A DNA stretch of 64,000 nucleotides from the NCBI GenBank assembly GCA_019358915.1, contig JAHHIM010000025.1:8377-72376 (forward strand), read 5' to 3'. Below, piece after piece: positions 28,601 to 39,131 of this stretch. Made by a program: the position numbers and the translations under genes. Every line of letters begins with the position of its first letter. The stretch's first letter is position 1. This DNA is from Trichormus sp. ATA11-4-KO1 (GTDB lineage Bacteria; Cyanobacteriota; Cyanobacteriia; Cyanobacteriales; Nostocaceae). The notes beneath the pieces are model-generated. The model searched no databases. It had not been told where the DNA came from and saw only the letters and a program-made list of their open reading frames with translations.

Positions 28601-29680
28601 GTGTTGATGGCAAACGCACCGATAAAATTACTCATAGCTGCCAGTGGGACTGGTGGACACTTGTTTCCAGCGATCGCATTGGCTGAAAAACTGCCAGACT
28701 ATGAAATTGCCTGGTTGGGTGTCCCAAATCGTTTAGAAACTCAACTTGTCCCTAAACGGTATCCCTTGCATACTATTGCAGTTGAAGGGTTTCAGCAAGG
28801 CTTTGGATTGTCCACATTTCGGATTTTGGGTAAACTCATTGCGGCAATTGTGCAAGTGAGGCGAATCCTGAAACAAGGAAATTTTCAAGGTGTATTCACT
28901 ACAGGCGGTTATATTGCCGGGCCGACTGTCATTGCAGCGCGTTCCCTTGGGTTACCTGTGGTTTTTCACGAATCTAACGCCTTACCAGGAAAAGTCACTC
29001 GCTTTTTTGGGCCTTGGTGTAGTGCGGTAGCCTTAGGATTTGCCGTAGCTGCAAAGTACTTACCTCGGTCCCAAAATGTCTGTTTGGGTACTCCTGTACG
29101 TTCCCAATTCCTAGATGCAGGACTTGACAAATCGTTAGATTTACCCATTCCTGATCATGTGCCTTTAATTGTAGTCTTTGGTGGCAGTCAGGGCGCGGTT
29201 GCGGTCAATCAGTTGGTGCGCCAGTCAGCTAAAGCTTGGTTTGATGCGGGTGCTTATGTAGTACATTTAACAGGCGATCTCGATGCCGATGCCGATAGTC
29301 TTAAGCATTCAAATTACATAGCATTACCGTTTTATGACAACATGGCGGCATTGTTACACCGAGCTAATTTAGCGATTAGTCGTTCTGGTGCTGGGAGTTT
29401 GACAGAATTAGCAGTATGTGGAACGCCAGCAATTTTGATTCCTTATCCTTTTGCGGCCGAAGACCATCAATCTTATAATGCAGACGTATTTACTAAAGCT
29501 GGTGCAGCATTAACGTTTAAGCAATCGGAGTTAACAACAGAGATATTGCAAACTCAGGTTTTGCATTTATTACAATCGCCCGCAGAGTTAGCCAAAATGG
29601 GCGAGAATGCAAAAGCGATCGCCGTTCCCGATAGCGCAGAGAAGCTAGCCTCTCTAGTACGCGAGATAGTGGAGAGTTAA
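28601..29680 (+). CDS. murG: Undecaprenyl-PP-MurNAc-pentapeptide GlcNAc transferase
   Basis: SGTGGHLFP, HESNALPG, GGSQGA, SRSGAGSLTE, LIPYP, DHQSYNA. Confidence 0.97.
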   Translation: MLMANAPIKLLIAASGTGGHLFPAIALAEKLPDYEIAWLGVPNRLETQLVPKRYPLHTIAVEGFQQGFGLSTFRILGKLIAAIVQVRRILKQGNFQGVFTTGGYIAGPTVIAARSLGLPVVFHESNALPGKVTRFFGPWCSAVALGFAVAAKYLPRSQNVCLGTPVRSQFLDAGLDKSLDLPIPDHVPLIVVFGGSQGAVAVNQLVRQSAKAWFDAGAYVVHLTGDLDADADSLKHSNYIALPFYDNMAALLHRANLAISRSGAGSLTELAVCGTPAILIPYPFAAEDHQSYNADVFTKAGAALTFKQSELTTEILQTQVLHLLQSPAELAKMGENAKAIAVPDSAEKLASLVREIVES

Positions 29681-29986
29681 ACATAAAAACCACAAAAACA
29701 AATCTGAGCAGCAAAAGCCGCCGCTCAGAAATTGAATAGATGCAAAAGCTAAGTACATAATTTCACAAGTTCGTAGCGAAAAAAAATTGCCTTGATTAAA
29801 CCTTTGCGTTACTCTGCGCTCACCTTGGCGATCCTTTGCGTTTAAATTCCCACCCTCAATTCGCCATGAATTTATGCAAAGTTTAAAGGGAAATGTATGA
29901 TTTTATTTAGTCACACCAATTCTTGATAAAACACAACCTCACTTAGAATTTAGTATCAAAGGAATTTCTCACCATTTTCTTGAGAA

Positions 29987-30754
29987 TTAAGGATAATTAA
30001 AAACTACGCGGCCACCAGGACGCCAATCACAATGGATGAAACCTCTATGCATTCCTCTTCCCAATCCCGTGCAATCAGAGGCGCGACAAATTTCCATTAA
30101 TCGCCCAAAGTTACCATCTGCGGGATAAATATCAATTGCTAATCCTTGGATATGCTGGGAACGGGAAGCACCTCCTATGCGCCGATTCACAGCAGGTGGA
30201 CGATAGCCGGAAGTGACAGCAATTGGACTACCGTATTTATCGCGGATTTTCCCAAACCCTTGAGCCGTCTTCATCATATTATTAATAATATTTCTGGACT
30301 CTGGTGCTCTTTCGGGGTCACATCCTTTGGTGAATTCACCCCAAGTTAAAGGAACACCAGGAACAATCAATTCATTACAGTAAACTGTAACACCAGTTAC
30401 TAACTTCATAGCGCGACCAGTCTTAGTGCCTAAAGTTGATGTGGGTAAGGGTGTGAGTTTCTGGTTTTGTTCATCAACAGCTTTATGTCCTTCTGCTATC
30501 TCCAATAATGCAGCAGCAGTAGTTGGCCCCAGCAATTCTGGAGAATCAAGCCAAACACTTTCTTTAAATTGTGCAAAGGCTTTTTGGGTTAAATCACCTG
30601 CAATACCATCAACTTTACCTGTATAAAGACTTGTCTTGTTAAGCAAAGTTTGGATTTCCGCGATGGTTTCAGTATCGGCCTCTGTGATTTTGATCGTGCT
30701 ATTAGAGGACTGAATTTTTGCCAAGTTGAGGAATTCCCCCGTAGAATCTTCCAT
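29987..30754 (-). CDS. Peptidoglycan-binding domain + peptidase M15A (Zn D-Ala-D-Ala peptidase-like)
   Basis: IQTLL...VDGIAGDLT...FAQFK PG-binding helices; TSGYRPPAVNRRIGGASRSQH..GLAIDI and FIHCD. Confidence 0.88.
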   Translation of the reverse strand: MEDSTGEFLNLAKIQSSNSTIKITEADTETIAEIQTLLNKTSLYTGKVDGIAGDLTQKAFAQFKESVWLDSPELLGPTTAAALLEIAEGHKAVDEQNQKLTPLPTSTLGTKTGRAMKLVTGVTVYCNELIVPGVPLTWGEFTKGCDPERAPESRNIINNMMKTAQGFGKIRDKYGSPIAVTSGYRPPAVNRRIGGASRSQHIQGLAIDIYPADGNFGRLMEICRASDCTGLGRGMHRGFIHCDWRPGGRVVFNYP

Positions 30755-31345
30755 TGATATATCTCCTTGAATTATTAGAGTTTGAATAATTGCAACTTCA
30801 GTTGCGTACTAAGTAATTCCTGAAAATTAATATGAGCAGTGTCCAGTGTTTATGGCGTTTTACTTTGATAGCAGTTATGCCCAAAGGATTATACCCACCA
30901 TGATATGTACTGTTATCTGCTGGTTGAGATAGTGCATTTAGTCACTTATGGCACATGGTACTTATTTCCTTTCAATGATATTATTCATACACAAGGTATC
31001 CTTAATTTAAGAAAATATCAATGCAGATACCCTTCACCGAGGAAAGCAGCTCTGCGTCCAGCCTGTGTAGCAGTGACTTCCACTCGCCTGGTACTGTACC
31101 TTTGTCTTTTTCCCGCAGTTAAATCAAGTACATACATCAACCTAATCAAAATTATTTGTTACTATACAAAGATAAAATAAAGCAGTAAATTTTAGATACC
31201 ATTATTGCCTGAGAAAATGCTGAGAATTAACTAAATTTTCTCAAGGAATAAACTCATGAAAATCATCGCTTAGATTCAGATGCACTTCAGTTACAACTGA
31301 CATACTCTTGGACATTCAGAATAACTCAAACACCAGGAGTCATAA

Positions 31346-31708
31346 ATGAAAATCGCCCCTCTACTCACAAGTTTTGCCTTAGTTGGTTTTTTCACGGTTT
31401 GGGACGCACCACTCAAGGTGATTAATCCTGCATTAGTGCAGGCATCAGCAGCCGAAGAATTATCCATAGCACAGAAACTAGACTTGCTTACCAAGAGTAA
31501 GGGACAGATTGGTAGTGGCGATCAACTGCGTCGTTTCTTTTTTGGTGACTTGGACCCAATCGGTATCCAATCCGGTGGTGCAGGTCAAGTTGTTAACCTT
31601 TATAACAAAGCCAACGATGTCACATTCTCTTACTGCTCACACTTCGATGTGATTGTCGCAATTAAGAAAGGCAAGGTGCCTAAGTTTGAGGCTAGTGAAG
31701 TAAAATAA
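31346..31708 (+). CDS. Secreted hypothetical protein
   Basis: Good RBS (aggag), signal-like N-terminus, 120 aa. Confidence 0.75.
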   Translation: MKIAPLLTSFALVGFFTVWDAPLKVINPALVQASAAEELSIAQKLDLLTKSKGQIGSGDQLRRFFFGDLDPIGIQSGGAGQVVNLYNKANDVTFSYCSHFDVIVAIKKGKVPKFEASEVK

Positions 31709-31848
31709 CCCAGAATTTGCTCATTTTTTAGGCATTTAAGCTTATCCGCGTGCTATTAGCAGCCTGAGAAAATAAAAAATTATCAGGGTAGTATGCCACA
31801 GACAGGAATTACCTGTGGATAAAACTAAATATAGTTTTAGATATGTGC

Positions 31849-31909
31849 AAAAAGTGCAACTAAGCAAGAAATTGAGGCAAAAGTTTCTTGCTCAGTTGCA
31901 CTTTTTTTT
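31849..31909 (+). terminator. Long hairpin with a T-tract (intrinsic terminator-like)
   Basis: aaaaagtgcaact-a-agcaagaaa ... tttcttgct-c-agttgcactttttttt. Confidence 0.7.
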
Positions 31910-32171
31910 GAAAGGCTTTAACAGTAGTGGATTGACACAGCTAAAGTAGCGCAGATGATTTTCTTGTGGAACAGGCAAGATGTCTTTTCTGGGCAGGCTA
32001 GAAGCCCACCTTACAATAATTATTTTTATACACTAAATTAGTCTGGTCACGCTAGTAGTTATAGAACTCAAATTAATATTAATTTTTATTTACTAAGATT
32101 GACATTATTGCATATTTAGTATGTAGCTTTATTTTGCCTAATTTTGTTTTACAATTTGTTACAAAGACGAT

Positions 32172-32714
32172 TTGTGGATTTGCCAAACACAATCAATGTT
32201 TGAACAAAAGCCAAAAACTTTAATAAACATGCTTCAGAATAGCTTCATCGCCAAATTAATCTGGTTTCCCGTCATGGCTTCTTTGCTGATAGGATTGCCA
32301 GATAAGTTAGCTATTAGCCAAAATCCCAAAAACTATTTGCAGATAGGGCTGAATTCCTCACCATTGTTTGCAGAGTTAGATCAACCCACTGCTGTCAATG
32401 TTTCTCAGACTACCAAAGAAATTGATGAAAAGACAGCCTTTAATTTAGTTTGGAAGCTACCGCTAGTACAACGTAAAGCACGAGAAATTCAACGGCTTTC
32501 TCAAGGGAAGATCCGGGTAGGTGCGATCGTCGATGGTTATCCCACACCAAATAACCCATACTACACAGTTCGAGTATTTGAAGATGAGCCAGATCACAAT
32601 ACAACGATTTATTGGTTTCGTGTCTTGAATACAGGTGATGTCATTGAAGCTCTAGATGTGGTGGATAATAAATACATCTCCTTGGAAGAATGGAGAGCAC
32701 AATTGAAACGCTAG
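32172..32714 (+). CDS. Exported hypothetical protein (start uncertain)
   Basis: Hydrophobic segment followed by AFNLVWKLPLVQRKA...YYTVRVFE...TIYWFRV. Confidence 0.7.
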   Translation: MWICQTQSMFEQKPKTLINMLQNSFIAKLIWFPVMASLLIGLPDKLAISQNPKNYLQIGLNSSPLFAELDQPTAVNVSQTTKEIDEKTAFNLVWKLPLVQRKAREIQRLSQGKIRVGAIVDGYPTPNNPYYTVRVFEDEPDHNTTIYWFRVLNTGDVIEALDVVDNKYISLEEWRAQLKR

Positions 32715-32763
32715 AAATTTGTTAGATCAAGAGCGCGCTCATTTTTTAGTTCACTCAGCACTG

Positions 32764-32891
32764 ATATCATGTCCGGTTAATCAAACTAAATAAAAAATGT
32801 TTGCTCGTAGTCAGGACTTTAGTCCTGTTTGTGGGGACTTCAGTCCCTGCTACAACAGGACTTATCATGGGTGATTTGGCGGACATCATAT
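32764..32891. mobile_element. MITE/REP-like dispersed repeat, copy 2 (uninterrupted)
   Basis: TIR atatcatgtccg / cggacatcatat (1 mismatch); internal palindromes caggactttagtcctg and gggacttcagtccc. Confidence 0.85.
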
Positions 32892-32920
32892 GAATCAGGT
32901 AAATTTAGCAAATAAAACTA

Positions 32921-33166
32921 ATGTCTCAACAAAAGTCTTTAAGTCCTTGGCAATACAAACCTTGGTGGTGTCAGCCTTGGTCTATACTGCTTACAGGTGT
33001 GATACTGATTAGCAGTAGTTGGTTATTATTTAAAAATATTTGGCTGACAGTTCTTGTTTCCATACCAGTTTTTATTTGGATGGGATTTTTTTTGTTAATA
33101 TGGCCGCAACTAATGATTCGCAGTGGGGTTTTGGAGTCGCATCAAACTGATTCTGTACAACAGTAA
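32921..33166 (+). CDS. Small two-TM membrane protein, DUF6737-like
   Basis: SPWQYKPWWCQPWSILLTG, then two hydrophobic helices. Confidence 0.8.
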   Translation: MSQQKSLSPWQYKPWWCQPWSILLTGVILISSSWLLFKNIWLTVLVSIPVFIWMGFFLLIWPQLMIRSGVLESHQTDSVQQ

Positions 33167-33176
33167 TTATTGCTTG

Positions 33177-35030
33177 CTATTCGTGATGCTTTTGATCTGG
33201 CAGAAACAGAGTAAATTGACTGCCTACACCCAATGTTGAGACGACTGTGACATCTCCGCCATGCAAACGCGCTAACTTGCGTGTCAAGGCTAAACCTAAA
33301 CCGGTGCCTTCGTACTGACGATTTAATCGGCTGTCTAGTTGTTTAAATGGTTCAAATAAAAATTGGAACTGATTGTTGTCAATACCAATCCCAGTATCTG
33401 AAACCGTGAAATTAGTGCCTTCAGGTACTTTTTTGACTGCTAAAGATACGTAACCTACTGGGGTAAATTTAATGGCGTTAGTCAGGAGATTGAGTAGCAT
33501 TTGTTTGAGGCGTCGTGCATCAGCGATGCACACATCTGCTTTTGGGTCAATTTCACTTGTTAGTTGTAAGCCTTTCGCTAAAGCGCGATCGCGTACTGTC
33601 GATAAAACATAATTACATAACTCTGGTACTGATAAACTCAACAAAGATAGTTCTTCTTTTCCAGCCTCGACCTTAGATAAGTCTAAGATATCGTTAATCA
33701 CTGTCAACAGATGTTCCCCACTGTTATATATACAACTTATATATTCCTTCTGTTTATCATTGAGCGAGCCAACCATTTCTTGTTGTAGCAACTGGGATAA
33801 CCCCATAATTGCATTGAGAGGTGTTCGCAGTTCGTGGCTCATGGTTGCTAAAAATTCACTTTTTGCCCGACTACCAGCTTCTGCTGCTGCTTGCGAGGCA
33901 CGTAGTTTTAATTCTGTTTGTTTGCGCTCAGTAATATCCTCAATAATTGCTAGGAAAAATTCAGGTTCATCATTATAATCTGGCAGTATGGAAACAGAGA
34001 GGTGAGTCCAGACTAAACCACCGTCTTGATGCAGGAAGCGTCTTTCCATCTCAATATGATGTATGTCAACCAACTGTTCAGCATTATCTACACGCATTCC
34101 TGAAATTAGTTGTTTGTAAAGCGCTAAATCTCCCTTTTGGTGTGCAATGTAATTGATAAAGCGCTGACCACATAGTTCTTCCCGACTGTATCCCAACATC
34201 TGACACAGTGCCGGGTTGGTATCAACTATTTGTGCTTTCATATCTATTAGCCCAATGCCCACAGAGGAACGCTCGAAAATTGCCCTAAATCGGGCCTCAC
34301 TTTGTCGCAGTGCCTCTTGTGCAGCGTTGCGATCGCTTGCTTCTATGGCCAGGGTGACAAAATCTGCGATCGAGCCTGCAAAATTTTCTTCTGCCAAAGT
34401 CCACTGGCGGACCTCCCCAAAGTGTTCATGGCACACTACCCCCACCAAACGACCCCCAAGCCAAATTGGTGCCGCCAGCAGGGATGCGATGCCAAATACA
34501 GAAAGATAAGAAGTGGATAATTCTTGGGTTCTTTTGTCCTTGATGGCATTATCTACTGCAATGCTACGTTCTTCTTCCAAAGCTTTAAAGTATGCAGGAT
34601 AATTCGCTTTTAAAAAAGACATACCACAGGTGTGCTCTTTTTGACTAACGTCATATAAATCGACGCATTCAATAGCTGAACAGTCTTCCTTATATAACCA
34701 CACGCCAACTCGCTTCACTAAGAGTGTCTGAGCCGCAGCTTCTGTAATTTCTCTAAGCGCCGCTTTGAGATTGCCTTGCTGGAATGTCTGGCTTCTAGCT
34801 AACTGCACTAGCGTCTGGCTTTGTTTTCGCCGCTCATTTTCTTTGATTTGCAAAGCCTTTTGTACTTGCTGATGTTCTGTAATATCTCTAACTACCACCA
34901 TTTGCATATGTTGCCCTTGGGGAGAAACCATTTTGCCTTGCAGGTCTACAGGAAAGGTAGAACCGTCTTGATTAACTACAATTACTTCACAGGGTTTTTC
35001 ACAACCGTAGAGTATATTTTTATTCATCAA
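33177..35030 (-). CDS. PAC-GAF-PAS sensor histidine kinase
   Basis: GAF (RVGVWLY...LLAAPIW...GVVCHEH), [41 protein letters not shown]. Confidence 0.93.
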   Translation of the reverse strand: MMNKNILYGCEKPCEVIVVNQDGSTFPVDLQGKMVSPQGQHMQMVVVRDITEHQQVQKALQIKENERRKQSQTLVQLARSQTFQQGNLKAALREITEAAAQTLLVKRVGVWLYKEDCSAIECVDLYDVSQKEHTCGMSFLKANYPAYFKALEEERSIAVDNAIKDKRTQELSTSYLSVFGIASLLAAPIWLGGRLVGVVCHEHFGEVRQWTLAEENFAGSIADFVTLAIEASDRNAAQEALRQSEARFRAIFERSSVGIGLIDMKAQIVDTNPALCQMLGYSREELCGQRFINYIAHQKGDLALYKQLISGMRVDNAEQLVDIHHIEMERRFLHQDGGLVWTHLSVSILPDYNDEPEFFLAIIEDITERKQTELKLRASQAAAEAGSRAKSEFLATMSHELRTPLNAIMGLSQLLQQEMVGSLNDKQKEYISCIYNSGEHLLTVINDILDLSKVEAGKEELSLLSLSVPELCNYVLSTVRDRALAKGLQLTSEIDPKADVCIADARRLKQMLLNLLTNAIKFTPVGYVSLAVKKVPEGTNFTVSDTGIGIDNNQFQFLFEPFKQLDSRLNRQYEGTGLGLALTRKLARLHGGDVTVVSTLGVGSQFTLFLPDQKHHE

Positions 35031-35569
35031 ATCTTATAACTAAATTTATTGAGTCTGTGAAATTTATACCCTCCAGGAATTAGCGAGTCTGAATTAGCAG
35101 AAACAGTAGGTGGCAGTCAATGTCTTTGATACTGACATCAGTTAACATGGCAGATACCAAACTAGCATCACTCTTGCAAGGTAGATTTGCTAGGGTGAAT
35201 GCTCTAACTTCTGTATGATTACCATAAAACAGTAAATTGTTAATGTGATATTGATCGTATTCTTTGATATCTATAAAGCAGCTTTATCCAAAAATTGACA
35301 GAAAACAAGGTGCTTCATACGCATATTTAAAATAAAGATTAGACTTATACCTAAGAGTAAATAATTACTGCATAGCTTATGTATTGCAGGGAACAGGCTA
35401 GATAATCTCTTCGTGTCTGGGTTTGATGATTGGTTGATGTTCTTACCTACGTGGCAACTGCTATAAATACTGACTATCAGAACAGCAGTGCATTCATCTA
35501 GAGAAAGATACCCGAATGCTGAAAGTTTGTCAGAATTAAGATAACAGCAGCTGTTCTGGAGGTGACACA

Positions 35570-36496
35570 ATGAAAAATAGCAGTGTGAGAATTGTTTCTT
35601 TGATTCCCAGTGGAACTGAAATTTTAGCAACCCTGGGACTGACTGAGCAAATTGTCGGGCGATCGCATGAATGTGACTACCCTCCAGAAATTCAGAATCG
35701 CCCCGTTTGTACCCAAGCACGCTTGGACTCTGATGCACACAGCCGCAAGATTCATGATGATGTCAACAATTTGTTACAATCCGCTTTAAGTATTTATCAA
35801 ATCAAAACAGATGTCTTAGAGCAATTACAACCCACACACATTGTCACTCAGGATCAGTGTGATGTCTGTGCCGTTAGCCTGCCAGAAGTTGAAAAAGCTG
35901 TTGCCAGTCTTATCCATACCTCACCTGCAATTATTTCCTTGCAACCAAATATTCTTGAGGATGTGTGGGCAGATATTGAGCGAGTCGGTAACGCCTTTAG
36001 TGTAGACTCAGTTCAGGTATTAGAGAACTTAGAAGCTCGCGTGACAATTTGTCAGCAAAAAATCCAAGGGCTATCTTTAACAGAACTACCCACCGTTGCC
36101 TGTATTGAGTGGACTGAGCCTTTAATGACGGCTGCAAATTGGATTCCTGAATTAGTGAACTTGGCAGGAGGACAGTCACTATTTAGTGTGATTGGTAAAC
36201 CTTCGGCTTGCATACCTTGGGAAACACTAATAACCAGCAATCCAGATATCATCATATTTATGCCCTGTGGCTTTGATTTAAATCGCACTCGCCAAGAAGC
36301 CAAGTTATTAACTCAACGTCCAGAATGGCAAAAACTCCACGCTACCCAAACTGGCAGAGTTTACATTACTGATGGCAATGCTTACTTCAATCGTCCAGGC
36401 CCACGATTAGCAGATTCTCTGGAAATCTTGGCAGAAATTTTACATCCGGAAATTTTTGATTATGGCTACAAAGGAACCGCCTGGGAAACTTTATGA
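35570..36496 (+). CDS. Cobalamin/Fe-siderophore-type substrate-binding protein (BtuF-like)
   Basis: RIVSLIPSGTEIL, VGRSHECDYP, QDQCDVCAV, YFNRPGPRL. No signal peptide evident. Confidence 0.85.
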   Translation: MKNSSVRIVSLIPSGTEILATLGLTEQIVGRSHECDYPPEIQNRPVCTQARLDSDAHSRKIHDDVNNLLQSALSIYQIKTDVLEQLQPTHIVTQDQCDVCAVSLPEVEKAVASLIHTSPAIISLQPNILEDVWADIERVGNAFSVDSVQVLENLEARVTICQQKIQGLSLTELPTVACIEWTEPLMTAANWIPELVNLAGGQSLFSVIGKPSACIPWETLITSNPDIIIFMPCGFDLNRTRQEAKLLTQRPEWQKLHATQTGRVYITDGNAYFNRPGPRLADSLEILAEILHPEIFDYGYKGTAWETL

Positions 36497-36498
36497 AG

Positions 36499-36529
36499 AG
36501 TGCTGAGTGCTGAGTGCTGAGTGCTGAGT
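36499..36529. repeat. STRR heptamer tandem (AGTGCTG)n
   Basis: agtgctg x4; related copies near 7130-7175, 38780 and 44735-44757. Confidence 0.9.
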
Positions 36530-36594
36530 AGGGTAAATATTAGTCATTGGTCATTAGTTATTGGAAAGTCACAATCGTTTCCCCCACTCCCTAC

Positions 36595-37314
36595 CTACTC
36601 CCTACTTCCCCCAAACACAGCTAAACCGTAATATTTCCAAGGTACTACCACTGTCTTGAATCCAGATGTTGCCAGCATTTGCAAATGGGTATCTAAAGTA
36701 GCTAATTGGTCTTGACTAGAGTATCCTTGTGTACTACTAGTGCCTAGCTTGGCGCGAACTTCTGTTAAATTAGTTCCTTGTTGACTAGCCCATTCCTCTC
36801 GTGCCAACTTGTAAACTTCTGCTAAGGTAGGTGACTCTGGTAAAACAGGGTCTGCATTCCAAAAATAACCGCCTTGTTTGAGACTGACAGCAATACGCTG
36901 AAATAACTTTAACTTCATCTCATCATGGAGATGGTGAATTGCCAAAGAGGACACACAGGCATCAAATTCGCTACCAATATTTAACTTTTCTGGATTATTT
37001 GCCCATGCACCAAAATCGCCTTGTATCCCAGTCCAGCGTTGTTGATGTCCAGCTACTGTGATTTTATTTTCGGCAAATTGCAGCATTCGGGGTGAGTAAT
37101 CTAAGGCAATTATTTCGGCATTGGGAAAACGTTTGAGTATTTTAAGACTTAGTTCCCCTGTACCACAGCCTAATTCTAATAAACGATGAGTTTTGGCAGG
37201 CAAACAATGAGTAATTACCTGCAACATTTCATCATATCGGGGTATAAGTTGGCGAATACCTGTGTCAAAATCCGCCGTGTTGGCGAAGACTTCTCCGGGA
37301 AATAGCTGTTGCAT
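36595..37314 (-). CDS. Class I SAM-dependent methyltransferase
   Basis: LLELGCGTG, LDYSPRML, FDACVSSLAIHHL, LKQGG. Confidence 0.92.
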   Translation of the reverse strand: MQQLFPGEVFANTADFDTGIRQLIPRYDEMLQVITHCLPAKTHRLLELGCGTGELSLKILKRFPNAEIIALDYSPRMLQFAENKITVAGHQQRWTGIQGDFGAWANNPEKLNIGSEFDACVSSLAIHHLHDEMKLKLFQRIAVSLKQGGYFWNADPVLPESPTLAEVYKLAREEWASQQGTNLTEVRAKLGTSSTQGYSSQDQLATLDTHLQMLATSGFKTVVVPWKYYGLAVFGGSRE

Positions 37315-37640
37315 GGGAATTTTATAGATAAATGTACTCTTAATTATGATGACGCATCATTGTAAGTAATCGGCACAAAGCGATCGCATCTTCTGAGCCT
37401 GAGCCTAAAAAAATACTCAACTAATATCTTTATTTATGAGGTTATATAATTCTTTAATTGAGGACTTTATGACCAGCCTCCAGTTGGGGAGCACGAGGTT
37501 TTGGGTGAATTAACTTGTATCATATGTGACATTAATCCGTAGCTTCCCTGCACTAGCTTAGAATAGGAAGTAGTACACTGGAGAATCAAAAGATAGCGAC
37601 TTAGTTAGCTATCACTAGCCCTAACTTTCTCTTCCCATAC

Positions 37641-38699
37641 TTGGGAAATTCTATGCTACAGCTTGTAATTATTGTGTTTGTTGTCATTTTAGGTTCAGCT
37701 TTTTGTTCTGGTACAGAAACGGCGCTGTTTTCTGTTTCGCCCTTGAGAGTCAGGCAATTAGCACAATCACATAACCCTTCAGCAGTTGCACTTTTGGCAA
37801 TTCGAGAAAACATGAATCGCCCTATTGCGACTATCGTAATTCTGAATAATATTTTTAATATAGTTGGCAGTATTCTTACAGGTAATATTGCTACTCAAGT
37901 ATTAGGAGACATTTGGCTGGGGATATTTTCAGGAATACTGACATTTTTAATTATTATTTTTGGTGAAATCATCCCTAAGACAATTGGAGAGCGTTATGCT
38001 GAACCAATTGCCCTACTGGCAGCCCTACCTGTTACTGGACTTTCTATTATTTTTACACCCTTGGTTTGGATTATAGAAAATGTGACTACGCCTTTTGTGA
38101 AAGGCAAAAAACGACCAACAACAAATGAGGCTGAAATCAAACTACTAGCAAATATCGGTCAACAAGAAGGGATTATTGAAAGCGATGAAGCAGAAATGAT
38201 CCAACGAGTGTTTAGATTAAATGATGTGACAGCCTCTGACCTGATGACACCTCGAATTATGCTGACATATATATGGGGAAATTTAACTCTTGCTGAAGCT
38301 AAAAAAGATATTATTGCCTCCCAACATACCCGCATTATTGTAATTGATGAGTCTATTGACCAAGTAATTGGATTTGCCTTAAAGCAGAATTTATTAACAG
38401 CAATGGTTGAAGGAAAAAACAATGAAAAAATTGCTAATTTAGCTCGGAAAGTTCACTTTGTTCCTGAAATAATTCGGGCAGATAAACTGCTGAAAAATTT
38501 CATAGAAGCACGTGAACATCTTGCAGTGGTGGTTGATGAGTATGGGGATGTTGCTGGTGTTGTTACTTTAGAAGATGTGCTGGAGGTGATCACTGGTGAA
38601 ATTGTAGATGAGACTGATAGAAGCGTAGATTTGCAAGAGATTGCACGTAAGAAGCGAGAAAAAATGTTGCAGTCCATGAATGTTGGCAATATACGTTAA
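37641..38699 (+). CDS. CNNM/DUF21-CBS (hemolysin-family) membrane protein
   Basis: SAFCSGTETALFS, FGEIIPKTIG, LMTPR, VVDEYGDVAGVVTLEDVLE. Confidence 0.92.
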   Translation: MGNSMLQLVIIVFVVILGSAFCSGTETALFSVSPLRVRQLAQSHNPSAVALLAIRENMNRPIATIVILNNIFNIVGSILTGNIATQVLGDIWLGIFSGILTFLIIIFGEIIPKTIGERYAEPIALLAALPVTGLSIIFTPLVWIIENVTTPFVKGKKRPTTNEAEIKLLANIGQQEGIIESDEAEMIQRVFRLNDVTASDLMTPRIMLTYIWGNLTLAEAKKDIIASQHTRIIVIDESIDQVIGFALKQNLLTAMVEGKNNEKIANLARKVHFVPEIIRADKLLKNFIEAREHLAVVVDEYGDVAGVVTLEDVLEVITGEIVDETDRSVDLQEIARKKREKMLQSMNVGNIR

Positions 38700-39131
38700 T
38701 TCTGGTTAGCACCGCTAAAAAATTGGGAAAAATCTAGTCAGTAACAAAAAACTAACTGGCTAGGAAATAGCGCAGTAACTGAGTGCTGAGTAAAAATACT
38801 AATTCCACTCCCTCAGCCTCTTTCTCCGTTTGTCAGCCGGGGGATGTGCTGAAATAATTATAAATTTACAGTATTAATATTATAATTAATTGGCTTTTAA
38901 ATTTTTAATTAGCTGGATACTAACAACATACTTAAGTAATTTTAAATGCCAAAAATCAACAAATTTGAAAGTTTTGAAAAACTGGTGCCATCATTTTTTT
39001 TGGAAATAAAATATTAAATAATTTAAAATAAACATTTATCTATCAAGAAATCCATCATTATGTCATTACCATTGGGACTTTAAAAAATATAAATTAAAAG
39101 TCTGGGCGACAAGTTCTGGAGGATTAATGAA

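Noticed and set aside
29797..29846. CTTTGCG-type short repeats (also near 57435-57460 and 61542-61570) as ncRNA
   Set aside because: They look like common intergenic short-repeat families of these genomes, with no independent evidence of an RNA gene.
30905..31180. 91-aa ORF
   Set aside because: Atypical composition with no RBS or motif; probably intergenic.
34870..35030. Kinase N-terminus starting with half a PAS domain, suggesting truncation
   Set aside because: No upstream in-frame PAS remnant was recognisable and the rest of the kinase is intact, so pseudogene status is unsupported.
35031..35569. Cobalamin riboswitch before the BtuF-like gene
   Set aside because: I could not find the conserved B12-box or GCCACTG core elements.
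35271..35738. 155-aa minus-strand ORF
   Set aside because: Overlaps the start of the well-supported BtuF-like gene on the opposite strand and has no recognisable motif.
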